Shown here: positions 27,113 through 40,252 of the stretch, one piece after another
How positions within the stretch are numbered: position 1 is the first letter of the stretch
Layout: every line of letters begins with the position of its first letter
From: Heptranchias perlo
Taxonomy: Eukaryota
NCBI RefSeq assembly: GCF_035084215.1
Contig: NC_090340.1
Coordinates: forward strand, 3,968,001 to 4,032,000
Direction: 5' to 3'
Length of the DNA stretch: 64,000 nt
Notes under the pieces: model-generated
Databases searched by the model: none
What the model was told of the DNA's origin: nothing
What the model saw: the letters and a program-made list of their open reading frames with translations, nothing else
Position numbers and translations under genes: made by a program

Positions 27113-27434
27113 TTAGTAATGGGACCGCACCCGCACGTCAGGTCCCTGTCCGCCTGACTCCGGTGAAAGGTACAAATGTCTCCATGTATTGCTATGTCCC
27201 TCTTTTCGATCGCAACGCATTGGTGGATGTTTACTGGCGGAGAGCCGGCCAGGACGGGATTTTGGACTCGAGTGCAGACAAAAGGAAAACAGTTATGCCA
27301 TTCAAGAAAGGATCTGCCGAGTGAGTTTCACCTGCTGAATGGAGGTTTCCAGGACTCTGGAGTCTATTATTGCAGCATGAGAGATTGGAGAGGAAAGTTT
27401 TCCAACGGGAATGGGACTGAGCTTATTGTGAATG
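27113..27434 (+). pseudogene. Gene B, VJ-type Ig V exon, frameshifted
   Basis: 322 nt against 321 nt in gene C (one codon fewer plus a 4-bp duplication). The two supplied ORFs 27094-27324 and 27176-27448 give the two halves: ...YCYVP...VYWRR... and ...FQDSGVYYC...GNGTELIV. Confidence 0.88.
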
Positions 27435-27714
27435 GTGAGTGTCGCTGATGGGTTAATGAACCTTCGTAAAATTCTATGAGTATTGATTAGAGAATATTTA
27501 ACAAAGATCAGCAATGTTTCGTTTTCTGACAGGACTTTTGATGTTTCTCTCAGTTCGGTTCGGTGCGGCTCCTTTCCCCCTATTTGCAGTGAATCCTGTG
27601 AGTTTACACAGAGCAGCACCGATTACCCTGCTCGGGGCAGTGGAATTCAGATTATCTGACTTCAGTCAATTGTTGTTCTCTTATCCCGTATCATTTATAT
27701 AAATCTATTTTATA

Positions 27715-28335
27715 TTTTATCATTGATTCTCGGCATGTGGACATCGCTGGCACGGTCGGCATTTATTGTCCATTACTCGTTGCCAAGATGGCGGTGGGTC
27801 TTCTCCTTGAACCACTGCAGTCCATGTAGTGAAGGTGCTCCCACAGTGCTGTTAGGTAGACAGTTTCAGGATTTTGACGAAGTGATGATAATGCAATGGC
27901 CATATATGTCCAAGTGAGGATGACGTGTGACTTGGAGTGGGTGAACTTGGAGGTGATAGTGTTCCCATGCACCTGCTGCCCTTATCCTTCTCGGTAGTGG
28001 AGGCCTCGGGTTTGGGAGTTGCTGTCGAAGAAGCCTTGGCGAGTTTCTGCAGTGCATCCTGTAGATGGTGCATACTGCAGCCACTGCGCGCCGGTGGTGG
28101 ACGTAATATAAAGTGATGGAATAAGTGCCGATCAAGCAGACTGTTTTTGTTCAGGATATTGTCGAGCTTCTTGAATGTTGTTGCAGCTGTGCCATCCAGG
28201 CAAGTGGAAAATATTCCATCAAACTTCTGACTTGTCGGTGGTGGTGCCTCTTTGGGAAGTTCGGTGGTGAGTCAGTCGCCGAGGAATAACCAGCGTCCGA
28301 CCTGCTCGAGGAGCGGCAGCATTTATGTGGCCATT
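27715..28335 (-). mobile_element. Older LINE-B 3' fragment in the gene B V-C1 intron
   Basis: HHRRAVAAVCTIYRMHC.NSPRLLRQ; absent from the matching gene C intron near 47060. Confidence 0.82.
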
Positions 28336-31028
28336 TATATCACATATTTACAAATCGAAAGAGTTGAATGAGATTGTTTGTGTTTATTTTTATACCGAGA
28401 TCGAATAAGAAAAAAGTGTCGTTGACTCTGAATAGGGTTCTGCCTGGAATCACATCCTTCAATCCTCCAATCACTGAGGGGCCGCTCCCGACCCACCTTT
28501 TACCGCACTCCGAAGTCCAACAGGAACTTTCCCCGAATGCCTGGCAATTCAAACGTGGGACACAACAGTGAGATTTTCAGTATCTATTAACAAATAGATA
28601 CAAGTACTAACACACTGACAGATATAAAGGACAGGGCGGGGGCGCTGGAGGGGAGCCTGTGAATACAAGGAGCTAGCAAAGAAATATCAACTGGACAGAG
28701 AGGATTGACAGGCTAAACACTGAATAACATTTTACTGCATAAAATAATAGATTTTATTTACACATTGGATTCATTGTGGTTGCTAATAGATTTTATTTTC
28801 AGTGATATATAAATTTGCTCTGATAGATTTGATTTCGATTGATAGATTTGTTTATAAGGGAAATAGATTTAGATTTTGACAGGTGGGAATGGTTTTTTCA
28901 AGCATTGGATAAGGAACATTTATATGAAACAGAACGAAACTCCGTGCCACGAAGTCTGTGAGTGGATCATCTGCTGTTCAAGCTCAGTCTGTGTCTCCTG
29001 TAAGATCTCGGCGGTGAAGGCAAAGTATCTCCCATGGATCCCAGTTCCAGAGTGGGAATCGTGGTTCAAAAAAGGGATGGGGCAAATGTTTTGGAAGACA
29101 CATTAGTGACACAAGATCATCGAAGGAAAAGAAGTTAACAAGGATCTGTAATCACCTGCAGGTCACGTGGAGATAACTTTCTCACTGGGGAGTGATGACA
29201 TTTAGTGGATCTACCAATTGTTGAGATGCAGTTTTGGATGCAGACGTAGGTACTTCTATGACCGGAATGGGATCACTAACATATATCTCGAAAAAATTCT
29301 GGATTAATTACATTTTGAACTCGGGGCTGAAATATTCCTGATCAAGCAGTTAGTGACTGATGAGTTTACAGTTCTCACCGAGCGACAGGTTAGTTGAGGG
29401 GAGGGGGGAGCTGTGGGCATCTGAGTGGAGTTGAGCTCCTGAAAATCAAATACCAGATTATGAATGGGGATTTTAATCGATGTAAGTGCAGTAGTCGAGT
29501 GTTGAATAGGATGGAGATAAAGTTAATACGAACATTGAATAATTACTCCCGCAATTCTAATATCAAACTGTGACCTCGTCAGTCTGCAGTTCTAACAAAC
29601 AGCACGAGGTTCGGGATTATTCTCAGATGAGGAATTATTGATAAACCGAACAAGATAAAGTGACATGGAAAGAGAGAAGACAAGGAGCGAGTGTGTGGGA
29701 GGGTTGGGAGGAGTGAAAAATAGAGAAGGATTGGACCTTGATCATTTTTTAAATATGATCGATTGGCCCATGGATGAGGCAGATAGATAATGGGGTTTAG
29801 GATCGAGCGGTATTCCAGATTTGCCTAATTTAAAGCCATTGACTAGGCCACAGTAGGAGCAGTGCGCGAAATTTTGATGTGAAGGAGCGGGTGCAAGATT
29901 TATTTACTTGGTGATTTCAGTCCGAGATCCCCTGAATCAAAATAAATTAAATGGAGACCCAATAGATGGGATCTGCGGCGAGTCCCACTAGTGATCAAGG
30001 GGAATAAATGTAGAAAGAGTAAGAGGAGGTTAGAACATTTATTTTACTCAAAGGGTTATTAGAGCGTGGGGTAGATCGGCAGAAGGGTTATTGAAGGAAA
30101 TCAAACACAGGGATTAGGGGGGAATTACATTAATATTAAGGCGCGGGGAAGGCAGGGGACTGGACTGAGGTAGAGAGCTCTTTCTGAGATTAAACATTGG
30201 TAATTTAACCGGAAAGTAAATAGACACGGAACACCGAGACAGTAAAATTCAGGGAGACTCTGCCGATGAATGGGTCACAGATGCGCCAGCAAGGCTCCGA
30301 GTCGAGAGCGGAGATCCGTCGACTTACTTGATCCTTAAGAAGCGGTGGAGACGGATCTCTGTAACTGCAGAATATTGGGAGGTTGGTAAATTTGATCCTA
30401 CTTTGGCCCCTCTCCCTTTTAATTCGTGATATCGGAAACGAACGAAGTCTTGAAATAATTCACGCAGAGCGAGAACCGGGGTCAGGACCGGAACATTATC
30501 TGGGAAATGAATCGAGTGAGTGAGCTCTGGTACAGGACAACTGCACGCGTTTTGTACCGAAACAACGAGTCCCAGACTGGAACAGAGACAATAATTTCTT
30601 TTATGCTTTTGTATTAATTTATCACTCTGTCAGTGAAACCATATTATAGAATACTCTCTCCCTATTAGCAACGCAGAAGTCTATTTAGAACGTTGGTCTA
30701 AATCACAGTGAAACACCAGCAGAAATAGACACCGGGAGAGTTTAGAGATCCCACGGGACGGGTTCGGTTTAACTCGGACTTAAATTAATTTCAGTGCCCA
30801 GACATGGGGCCTTCCCGTCACCGAGTGCTGGATAAAGACAAGAACGAAATAAATATCGCCATGTACTGTTTCAAGCAAATCAAGCGTTCGTTATTAATTC
30901 GAATATGGCGGTAAAATTTCCCTCTTAAAGGGACTCTGCAACTGCTCCATGCTCTCCCTTCTCGCCGTCTGTTCTTTCCTTTCTCGAATTTAATATATTT
31001 CAACTCAATTCCTTTAACTCCTTTCCAG

Positions 31029-31307
31029 TGCCGCCAACTCCTGTGAAGATTACCCGCCTGCTCTCTCCGTCTCTCATACTCTGTTCAACGGCTGTTTTTT
31101 TCCCCGAGGAGTTCAACCTCACTTGGTATGAAAATGACTCCAAAATTACATTTGGGATAAACTTGGTGGAAACACGGAGCGAAGAGGGATTGTATCAAGT
31201 GTCCAGCTTCCTCATCTCTGTGCAGAGCGGGACGGTTTATATCTGCCGGGTGTCCCATGCCTCTCTCCCGGCTCCAGCCAACGCGAGCTACACGGTTCGT
31301 GATCCGG
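31029..31307 (+). CDS. Gene B, C1-set exon
   Basis: 279 nt, phase 1-1, one codon shorter than in genes A and C; donor GTACG; both Cys and the Trp are retained. Confidence 0.85.
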
Positions 31308-33158
31308 GTACGAGACCCTCCTCAGCACTGCAATAAGCTGTATCTGTATTACATATAGGAGCCATTCAGGGACTTTCTTTCACCACCAATCCGCATCAGA
31401 TCATTTTCTATGCAGTGTGTTTTAAGGGGACTGAATGTGCTCATTGCAGTGTCAAAAAGCTTTTGAGGCGGCCCCTCACAGTGGTCACTATGCAAGATGG
31501 AGTCCTGCGCAATTGAATGGCGGATTCTTCTTTGGTTGGGGAATTAATTGCATTCTCATTGATGGAGGGTAGACATTAATAGTTGTGGGACAATGCGGCC
31601 AGTCAGGATACATGGAGGACTAAGAGAAGTTGGTAGTTGCTGGTCAAAATGTTAAAATGAACCATAATTTCGAAACACAGTATCTGACGTAATGCAATGA
31701 GCGGGGAAACCCATTTCCACTGCCCAGCTCTTCAACTGCATGGGCAGGTCCTCCATTGTCTGCTACTGGAGGGGTCCATTAGGGATCGGTGTAAGGATTG
31801 CTCTTCTTGATTAATATCAATGATCTGGATTAAGGCGTCCACAAGTTCAATGATGGTACAAATATCTGTGCTGACGCCAGAACCCTTAAGGAGAAAACAT
31901 TTGCAATCGGATCTAGATGCGACAGGTGAATGGGCCTGTATCTGGCAGATGACAATTGATGTAGATAAATGTAGTCAAATGCTTGTGGGTATGTTTAATA
32001 CCAAGCATTGTGCACAGTGCTAGGCTCTGAATTAAAGTCTGTTGAGGGTCAAAGATTAATGGGTGATGGTGTCTGAATCCCTAAAGTTCCACGACCAAGG
32101 CCGAGAAATGATGACGAAATCAATTCGAGTATAAAGATGTATAGTCGGGACAAACCAATAGAAACAAAGAGCACCATAATGTTCTTTCCCATGGTCAGCC
32201 CTCATCTGCAATATTATATCCAGTTCTGATTCCCTCATGTTGTGAGAGTTATAGGGGCATTGGAGAAAAAGTTCTGCGCAGAGCCACAAGATTGATACTA
32301 TTTTAAAAACCTTTAGTTATCACGACAGGTTCAAGGATTTGGGTATTTTTACTCTAGAAAAGCGTAGACTTCTGGATACTGAATTGAACGATGAAGGGAG
32401 TAGACAGTGTACACGTGGATAGATCACTTGAATTAAATTATGAGCGAGAACGAGGGCTCTTGGGTACATGTCATTTAAGCACAGAACACGGTTAGATATC
32501 TGGAGGATAGTCTTCATCCAGAAGGTCACTGACCTTTGGATTAAGTCGAAGTCTCGTGCAGTGAGTGCGGATTCTCTGCAAAGTTACAAACGGAGCTGGA
32601 CGAGTTCCTGAAGGAGGCTGATATCGTTGTGTACAAAAGATAGGTGTGATGTTGCATGACGTCCCTCAAGGTCAATGTTATTTACTGGAACTCGTTTCTC
32701 ATCACCTTCGGGTCGGAGAGAAATCTCCTATAATTCTGTGGGGGATTTTGACTCTCCCTGGAGACCAATCGGCACAAACAATCACGGGGAGAGAGACAGA
32801 CAGACACATCCATACAAAAAGACACCGCCACCTCCACCACCCCCCTCCCCCACCCCCCACCCACACACACACAAATATTTACATACACATGATGAACAAA
32901 ACTGCATAATCATTAATTAAATACAATTATTAATCCGAATTAAATGCTGATATTATCAGAAATGGAAAGTCCCTGTGTGCTTTACACTGCGCTGTACTTT
33001 GGCCGTTTGATGCTGAGATACGATGGAGTCGCCTTGGTATCTCGGTAAGAGACAATAGCTGTGATATGTCGGTGCTGCCTGATATCTGACGTTGATTAAA
33101 TATTTCGCAATATCTCGCCTATAAAATGCTGAAATTCCAATTTCTCTGTCCCTTTCAG

Positions 33159-33272
33159 CGAACGGGAACAGTACTTTCCTCTACTCCCTGGTGTCGGGGT
33201 GTGCAGCAGGCGGGTTAATAATTCTAGTGCTGGTAATTCTTGTCAAGCGATGCAATTTAGTCAGAATTGACG
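33159..33272 (+). CDS. Gene B, TM exon (uncharged)
   Basis: 114 nt; ANGNSTFLYSLVSGCAAGGLIILVLVILVKRCNLVRID; AG/GT intact. Confidence 0.85.
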
Positions 33273-33870
33273 GTAAGAACTGACACGATCCTCATTAAGA
33301 ATTAGGTTTGTTAGTTACATTTCAGCTCGGCGGCAGCGAGGAGGACGGGACGGCGTATACGGCCTGGACTGGGATCTAGATTTTGGGAGCGATGTCCGTT
33401 ACACTAAGTGAGTTTATGTTCCTGGGGCCGAATGTTGTGACGAGGGCCAGACCTTAAACCCAAGAGATCCCTCAGAATAATTTCAGCAGGTCTGAACATT
33501 AAAGCGACCCGTAGTTTCGGTTTGAACTTAGTGCTTCACAACAACTGAAGGCGGTGATGTGAATATTTTACAGTAAATGTAGGGTTGTGTCGGGAGGGGC
33601 GACAAATCTGGGGTCGAGGGCGGTGGAACTGGTGGTGGGAATGTGACACGTGGTGTTCGGTTGAAAAAAGGGTCCGTTTCTCGCCCAGCAATCGTACCGG
33701 ATGTGACGGCTCAAGTTCTAATAAGGAGAATTGAGTGACCGTTCAGACCATTTTCTATTGATCGGTGATTCTGGTCAATTTTGCGGGAATGTTGGGTATA
33801 TTTTGGGGGGAAAATCACGTATCTGGTTCATGTGAAATTGATCATTGTTCTAAATTTATTTCTCTACCAG

Positions 33871-33914
33871 ACACGGAGATTAGTGAGGAGAGACCCGGCC
33901 ACTTCGAGGAGCAG
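33871..33914 (+). CDS. Gene B, cytoplasmic exon 1
   Basis: 44 nt; DTEISEERPGHFEEQ; splice sites intact. Confidence 0.78.
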
Positions 33915-34927
33915 GTCAGTGTCATACTAGTGTAACAAGAAATAGACTGCTGTTGCTCAAGTAATGCAAATTTATACCACATTTATACCGGTATCACGAG
34001 GACATCAGGACGGCTCTCAGTAACTGCGGAGCACACCGTCACCACTTGCGGGTTTATTGTTCCCCAGAGACCATCCCTCCACTGAAAGTGTAGTCTCTGA
34101 CCTGTCAGTGCCGCGATTATATCTGTATTAATGTAGCCCTCCATTTCTCGCAGGCGCTGTTGTCGATATTTATGCCTTGTCAGTGAGGTCGATTGGCTGT
34201 TCATCTATGGGGAGCGTCATAGTTTTGCTCGATCCTGTTCTCAGCTGACATCTCCACCCATGACCTTTCCAGCAGGGTCTCTGGGTGTTGACCGGGACTG
34301 ACTGCTGGCCGAGATTGCCCCCCTCCTGACCCAAAGGCACCGAAACCAATTGTCCATCCTGAGATGAGCAAGCTCAGAACTCGGAAGTGCTTTAATTACT
34401 CAATAGCACACGGGCCAGTCCTTGACCCACAGGCCAGGCTGAGCTCTGATAAAATGGTCTGTAAATGTATATTGAAGAGAATTTCTCCGGCTGGGAATTA
34501 TTTTCCTCCCTTGTCCTTATCCGGCCTTTTATTACACCGCCAGCTCCATTAGAGCAATCACCTGCACTGATCAGACTTACCCAATCCTTAACCGATGCCA
34601 TTGGGTTTTAGTGGCCCTGTACGGTGCTGTTTGTGATTTGATGTCGAGTTAATCTTTCTCCAAAAACTCTCTTCTGGCTGTGGGAGGAAGAGCGGACGGG
34701 AGTCCGTCTTACGCTGCTATCAACCTCAGCGGTCACGGGAGCATTGGAAAACCCAGACGTGAGGAAAATAGAAACGTCTATGCCCAGGTACAGTCGAGAA
34801 ACGGAGCAGCCCATTCCAATCAGGACTGGTCCAGTCCTTCCGTCTGACCTCAGTAATGCACATTGAAGTACTGGAACGCTTAGTGTGAGTAACATATCCT
34901 ATTGATCTTTCAGTGTTGCTTCCACAG

Positions 34928-35077
34928 ACCAAGCAAGAGACGGATTTTGCACTGACTTCCGCGTCTCTGGATCTGACCGGCTCCCAGGAACTGGCAAGAA
35001 GGAAACAGAAAGAAAACCTAGCGGAGTATGCGGCGATCAGGATCAACAAGCCAAGGGAAGAATACGGGATTGTATAA
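34928..35077 (+). CDS. Gene B, terminal cytoplasmic exon (first ITIM lost)
   Basis: TKQETDFALTSASLDLTGSQELARRKQKENLAEYAAIRINKPREEYGIV*; TAA 35075-35077. Confidence 0.83.
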   Translation, partial: TKQETDFALTSASLDLTGSQELARRKQKENLAEYAAIRINKPREEYGIV

Positions 35078-35473
35078 ACAGCAGCAAATGTCCAGTGATG
35101 TTAAAGTCACACGGGGGATGGCCATCTTGGTGCCTGAAGAACACACCTACTTGTATTTTTCGGTGTGTTTGGAAACCGGATTGTCATTTATTGGAATGGG
35201 AGGAGTAGCAGCTTTTACTGGCAGAGAGAAACAGCGATCTGGAGGCTGCGTTTATTCTTGAAATCTGCACTTCCAGTGAATGGAGGAGTCAATGCTTAAC
35301 TCTTTTATAGGTTTCAAATGGGACCAAAGGAAATTGGAGCGTCTTGTCTCGTTGGGGGAAATCGATGAGGCCAGTTATTGTGGGTCAGTTCTGTTAATTT
35401 AGAAGGATTGAGCAATGGAGTTTATTTTGGGCATGTGTCGCGAATATACCGGAATTCGAGGAGGGTTCTGAAT

Positions 35474-36540
35474 CATAGAATCATAGAATCATAGAAGTTA
35501 CAACATGGAAACAGGCCCTTCGGCCCAACATGTCCATGTCGCCCAGTTTATACCACTAAGCTAGTCCCAATTGCCTGCACTTGACCCATATCCCTCTATA
35601 CCCATCTTACCCATGTAACTGTCCAAATGCTTTTTAAAAGACAAAATTGTACCCGCCTCTACTACTGCCTCTGGCAGCTCGTTCCAGACACTCACCACCC
35701 TTTGAGTGAAAAAATTGCCCCTCTGGACCCTTTTGTATCTCTCCCCTCTCACCTTAAATCTATGCCCCCTCGTTATAGACTCCCCTACCTTTGGGAAAAT
35801 ATTTTGACTATCGACCTTATCTATGCCCCTCATTATTTTATAGACTTCTATAAGATCACCCCTTAACCTCCTACTCTCCAGGGAAAAAAGTCCCAGTCTG
35901 TCTAACCTCTCCCTGTAAGTCAAACCATCAAGTCCCGGTAGCATCATAGTAAATCTTTTCTGCACTCTTTCTAGTTTAATAATATCCTTTCTATAATAGG
36001 GTGACCAGAACTCTACACAGTACTCCAAGTGTGGCCTCACCAATGCCCTGTACAACTTCAACAAGACATCCCAACTCCTGTATTCAATGTTCTGACCAAT
36101 GAAACCAAGCATGCCGAATGCCTTCTTCACCACCCTATCCACCTGTGACTCCACTTTCAAGGAGCTATGAATCTGTACTCCTAGATCTCTTTGTTCTATA
36201 ACTCTCCCCAACGCCCTACCATTAACGGAGTAGGTCCTGGCCCGATTCGATCTACCAAAATGCATCACCTCACATTTATCTAAATTAAACTCCATCTGCC
36301 ATTCATCGGCCCACTGGCCCAATTTATCAAGATCCCGTTGCAATCCCAGATAACCTTCTTCACTGTCCACAATGCCACCAATCTTGGTGTCATCTGCAAA
36401 CTTACTAACCATGCCTCCTAAATTCTCATCCAGATCATTAATATAAATAACAAATAACAGCGGACCCAGCACCGATCCCTGAGGCACACCGCTGGACACA
36501 GGCATCCAGTTTGAAAAACAACCCTCTACAACCACCCTCT
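35474..36540 (-). mobile_element. Young CR1 LINE inserted 3' of gene B
   Basis: 324-aa open RT frame and (CATAGAAT)n tail; the empty site GGTTCTGAATGTATTCCATC is at about 6355-6375. Confidence 0.95.
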
Positions 36541-36894
36541 GTATTACATCTAAATATTAAATCATTATCAGGCTCCTAACGGGCCAACTGAATGGTGTTT
36601 GGTGACTGGACATAAATTACCGCGGCCCTTTCTGTGCAGAAACAACTATTCCTTCAGTTTCCTTTAATGAAATTCACACTTTCAACGTTGAGAATTCCTT
36701 TCTGTCCCGATTTTGCTCTTTCTGGATGTATTTGACACTTTAAATCAAATCTGTCCGTGTGCCGAACATTTCCATCTCTGGGTATTTTAATTACTCAGTT
36801 TGCCTCTTGTCACAGGAATGAACCAGAAGTTTTCGAATGTGCAGTGGGACAGGTCTGGGACCTACTCCGGCTCCCTGCCTCACTGTGAAATTCA

Positions 36895-38640
36895 GAATTA
36901 CAAAGATTAAATAGAATTTACAGCATCGAAACAGGCCATTCGACCCCATTAATCTGTACTGGTGTTTATGCTTCACACGAGCCTCTTGCCATCCTACTTC
37001 ATCTAACGCTATGAGCAGATCGTTCTATTCCTTTCTCCCTTGTGTACTTATCTTGCTTCCCTGAAATGCATCTACGCTATTCGCCTCAACTGCTCCACGT
37101 GGTATCAAGTTCACATTCTAATCACTCTGGGTAAAGAAGTTTCTCCTGAATTCTTTCTTGGATTTATTAGTGACTATCTTATATTTATGGCCCTTAGTAT
37201 TGGACTGCCCCGCAAGTGGAAACATTTTCTCTAAGCCTACACTTTCTTACCACTTCACAATTTTAAATTCTTCTATTAACAGCAAAGTGGGAGAACCTTC
37301 ACCCACGGACTGCAGCGGTTTAAGAAGGCGGATTACCATCACCGGATCAAGGGCAATTAGGGATTGGCAATAAATGCTGGCCTTGCCTGCGACACCCACA
37401 TCCCATGAATGAACAAAAAAAAAAGGTCACACCTCATCCTTCTCATTTCTAGAGAAAAGAGCCCCAGCCATTCATTCTTTCCTGATACTTAGAACCTCTC
37501 AGTCCTAGTATCATCCTTGTCAATCTTTTTTGCAACTTTTCCAATGCCTCTATATCCTTTTTGTAGTATAGTGGCCAAAACACAGTATGGTCTAACCAAC
37601 GTTCTATAAAAGTTTAACATAACTTCCCTGCTATTCAATTCTATCCTTCTAGAAATGAACCCCAGTGCATAGTTTGCATTGTTATGGCCTTGTAAACTAA
37701 CGTTGCTATTTTTAGTGATTTGTGAATGTGTTACCCCAGACCTCTTTTCTCCTGCATCACATTTGGACTCTTATTTCCCAAGGAGTATGCGGCCTCCTTA
37801 TTCTAACTACTTTAGCACCTCACACTTAGCTATCCTAAAATTCTTTCGCTATTTACACGCTCATTCTGCAAGATTTTTAGCGTCTTCCTGGATTTTGTTG
37901 CAGTCTTGTTTAGTATTAACGAAACCCCACAATTTTAAAATTGTATTTCCGATTCCTGAATTCCAATCATTCATAAAAATAGTGAACAACAGTGGTCCCA
38001 GCACCGATCCCTTTGGAACACCACTTCCCAGCTTCCGTCAGTCTGACTAACTCTCTTTATCCCCTACTCTCTGTGTTCTGTTTTGTAGCCAGCTTGCTAT
38101 CCATTTTAATTCTTGTCCCGACTCCACATGCTCTGTCCTTAGTCATGACTTTACCATGTGGTAACTCATCGAAGTCCGTTTGAAAATCCAAGTATACTAC
38201 ATCTACTACATTACCCTTGTCTACTCTTTCTGTTACTTCTTCAATGAATTCAATAAGGTTGGACAACCATGACCTTCCCTTTTGAAATCCGTATTGACTA
38301 TTCTTCATTATATTTTCGGTTTCTAGATATATTTCTATTGCATCTTTGAGTAAAGATTATCTATCCTACTACCGATGAAAAGCCAACTGGTCGGTAGTTC
38401 CCCGGATTTGCTCTTTCGCTTTTTTAAATGTAGGTATAAAATTAACTGTCATCCAGTCCTCTGGCGCTATACCGTTTTCTAACGAATATTTATAAATATA
38501 TAATAGTGCCTCTCTGATCTGTTCCCTGGCTTCTTTTAGTTCGCACGGATATCATGCATCCAGACCAAGGGTTTTAGACTCTCTAAGTTTAATTGGTTTA
38601 TCAATCATCTCCCCCTTTCCTACCTTAAATGTCTTGATAT
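36895..38640 (-). mobile_element. Degenerate CR1 with nested LINE-B 3' fragment (37278-37424)
   Basis: Paralog of 6717-8299, so it was inserted before the duplication. Confidence 0.82.
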
Positions 38641-39239
38641 CTTTTTGATCACGTACATTACATGTGTTTGAAGAGCTGTATTTGTACTTCGATTACTTAC
38701 ACATTTACATTAGATAGGATTTTCCTCACAATCCCAAACGGTGACACTGCTCCCTGACGCTGGATTACACGGGCTGCTGGGCTAGCCAGGGCTAAGGTCG
38801 GCTAACTCGATGAAGAGAGTTATCAACATGTTACCGATCTGCGTAACGTCTGGGAGGCGGATCGTTACCAGATCGAGAATGTTCTGGACCTCTGCTTCTG
38901 TGCGTGAACTGGATCGTGAATCGTGTACTTCAGCCCTGGAGTGTACGGGTAGCCTGGAATGTCTGCCTTCTGTTATCGGTACCGGTAAAGATCAGAAATC
39001 AGAGTGGAGAGGATAAGAGGAATTTAATTGCAAGACATTACTGCCGGAGTTTAGTGTAGGAACCCGCACCGCAGTGTGATTTAGTCGCACTAACTTGGTA
39101 GGGGGGAATAAGACGTGGAAGCAGTAAGCAAAGTAAAAGGGACACGGGTTTTAGGGGAGATAAAGAAAGCATGAAAGTCATAAAGTAAACCAGAAAGAGG
39201 AGAATTAGAACGTGTAAGGATACCAAACAGAGAAGCAGG

Positions 39240-40250
39240 TTTGAGATGTATGTTGCTTAATGCACGATGTATTGTGAATCAAACTGGTGAGCGAGGGACA
39301 CAAAATCCTGTGGTAGATGTTCGATGTCACAGACTTAATAAAGTCTCAGTTTAGGCTAAGGCAGGACTGGGAGCTGAACTTTCCTGGTTCCAAAATACTC
39401 CAGTAGGATAAAGTAGGAAAAAGGGAGTCAGGGTGATAGTATTAATGAAAGATTCCATTACAGTTGGAGGATAGAGCAATGGTATAGGGATGGATCAAAA
39501 GCCAAATTTGTTTGCTTATAATTAAGAAACAGGAATTTGTCTATTGGGAAAATACTATCGACCATCAGCGAGTGGAAAGGAGATAAAGTAGCGAAATGTA
39601 GACAGATAGGAGAAGTGTGCAGATGCTATAGAACCTTCATGAAAGATGACTTCAATTATCCAAAGAAGGACTGGAATAAAAGTATTGGAGAAAGGGATGG
39701 GATTCTACATTGTGGCGCAGACTGTTTTATAGTTCAATTTGCGTTCAATCCAATAAGGAAGGGTATAGTACTGGTTATAGTTCTAGCGAATTAAATGGGA
39801 TAGATAGATAATAGAAGTTTCGGTGAACATCTGGAAGACATAAAATGATATAAAAATTGAAAAGGAAAGGGAACCAATAAAAAAATGATTGGATTTAAGA
39901 CAACTTCGACGGTATAGTAATGGAATTAACAGATACATTAGCAAAACATATTCGTTGGTAAGATAGTACACAAAAGTTCAAAGACAAGATGGTTGGAGTA
40001 CAAACTAGATACTTTCCCGCATGAAGTAAGGGGTACAGCAAAAACTGGAGTGTGGCGAATGGACAGAGTAATTCTAATAAAACTGAGTCTTAGGGGTGCA
40101 CAGCAAGCCGAGAGCTAATAACACAAAATAAAATCATTCAGAGCATGAAAAATATAAAGGAGAAGCAAAATAAAGTGTACAAAGGTTAGGAGAGGTTAAT
40201 AGAGAGCCATATAACCAGGTTCACGGATGACACAAAGAGATGTGGCAAAG
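39240..40250 (+). mobile_element. Highly decayed CR1 ORF2 endonuclease region
   Basis: LRCMLLNARCIVNQTGE (APE N-terminus) and DDFNYP motifs. Confidence 0.6.
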
Positions 40251-40252
40251 AA

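Larger units (their letters stand above)
26862..35077 (+). pseudogene. Gene B: full-length VJ-C1-TM-cytoplasmic receptor paralog, disabled as assembled
   Basis: Exons: leader 26862-26916 (MSALDVLLYLAALAIICT), V 27113-27434, C1 31029-31307, TM 33159-33272, cyt1 33871-33914, cyt2 34928-35077; all GT-AG with matching phases. A GAGT duplication at 27319-27326 creates TGA at 27322-27324. The ITIM tyrosine codon is TCC (Ser) at 34958-34960. Confidence 0.85.
30468..38447 (+). repeat. Segmental duplication, copy 2 (paralog of 1-8299)
   Basis: As above; it differs mainly by copy-specific LINE insertions and small indels, e.g. about 325 bp at 32640-32965 absent from copy 1. Confidence 0.92.
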
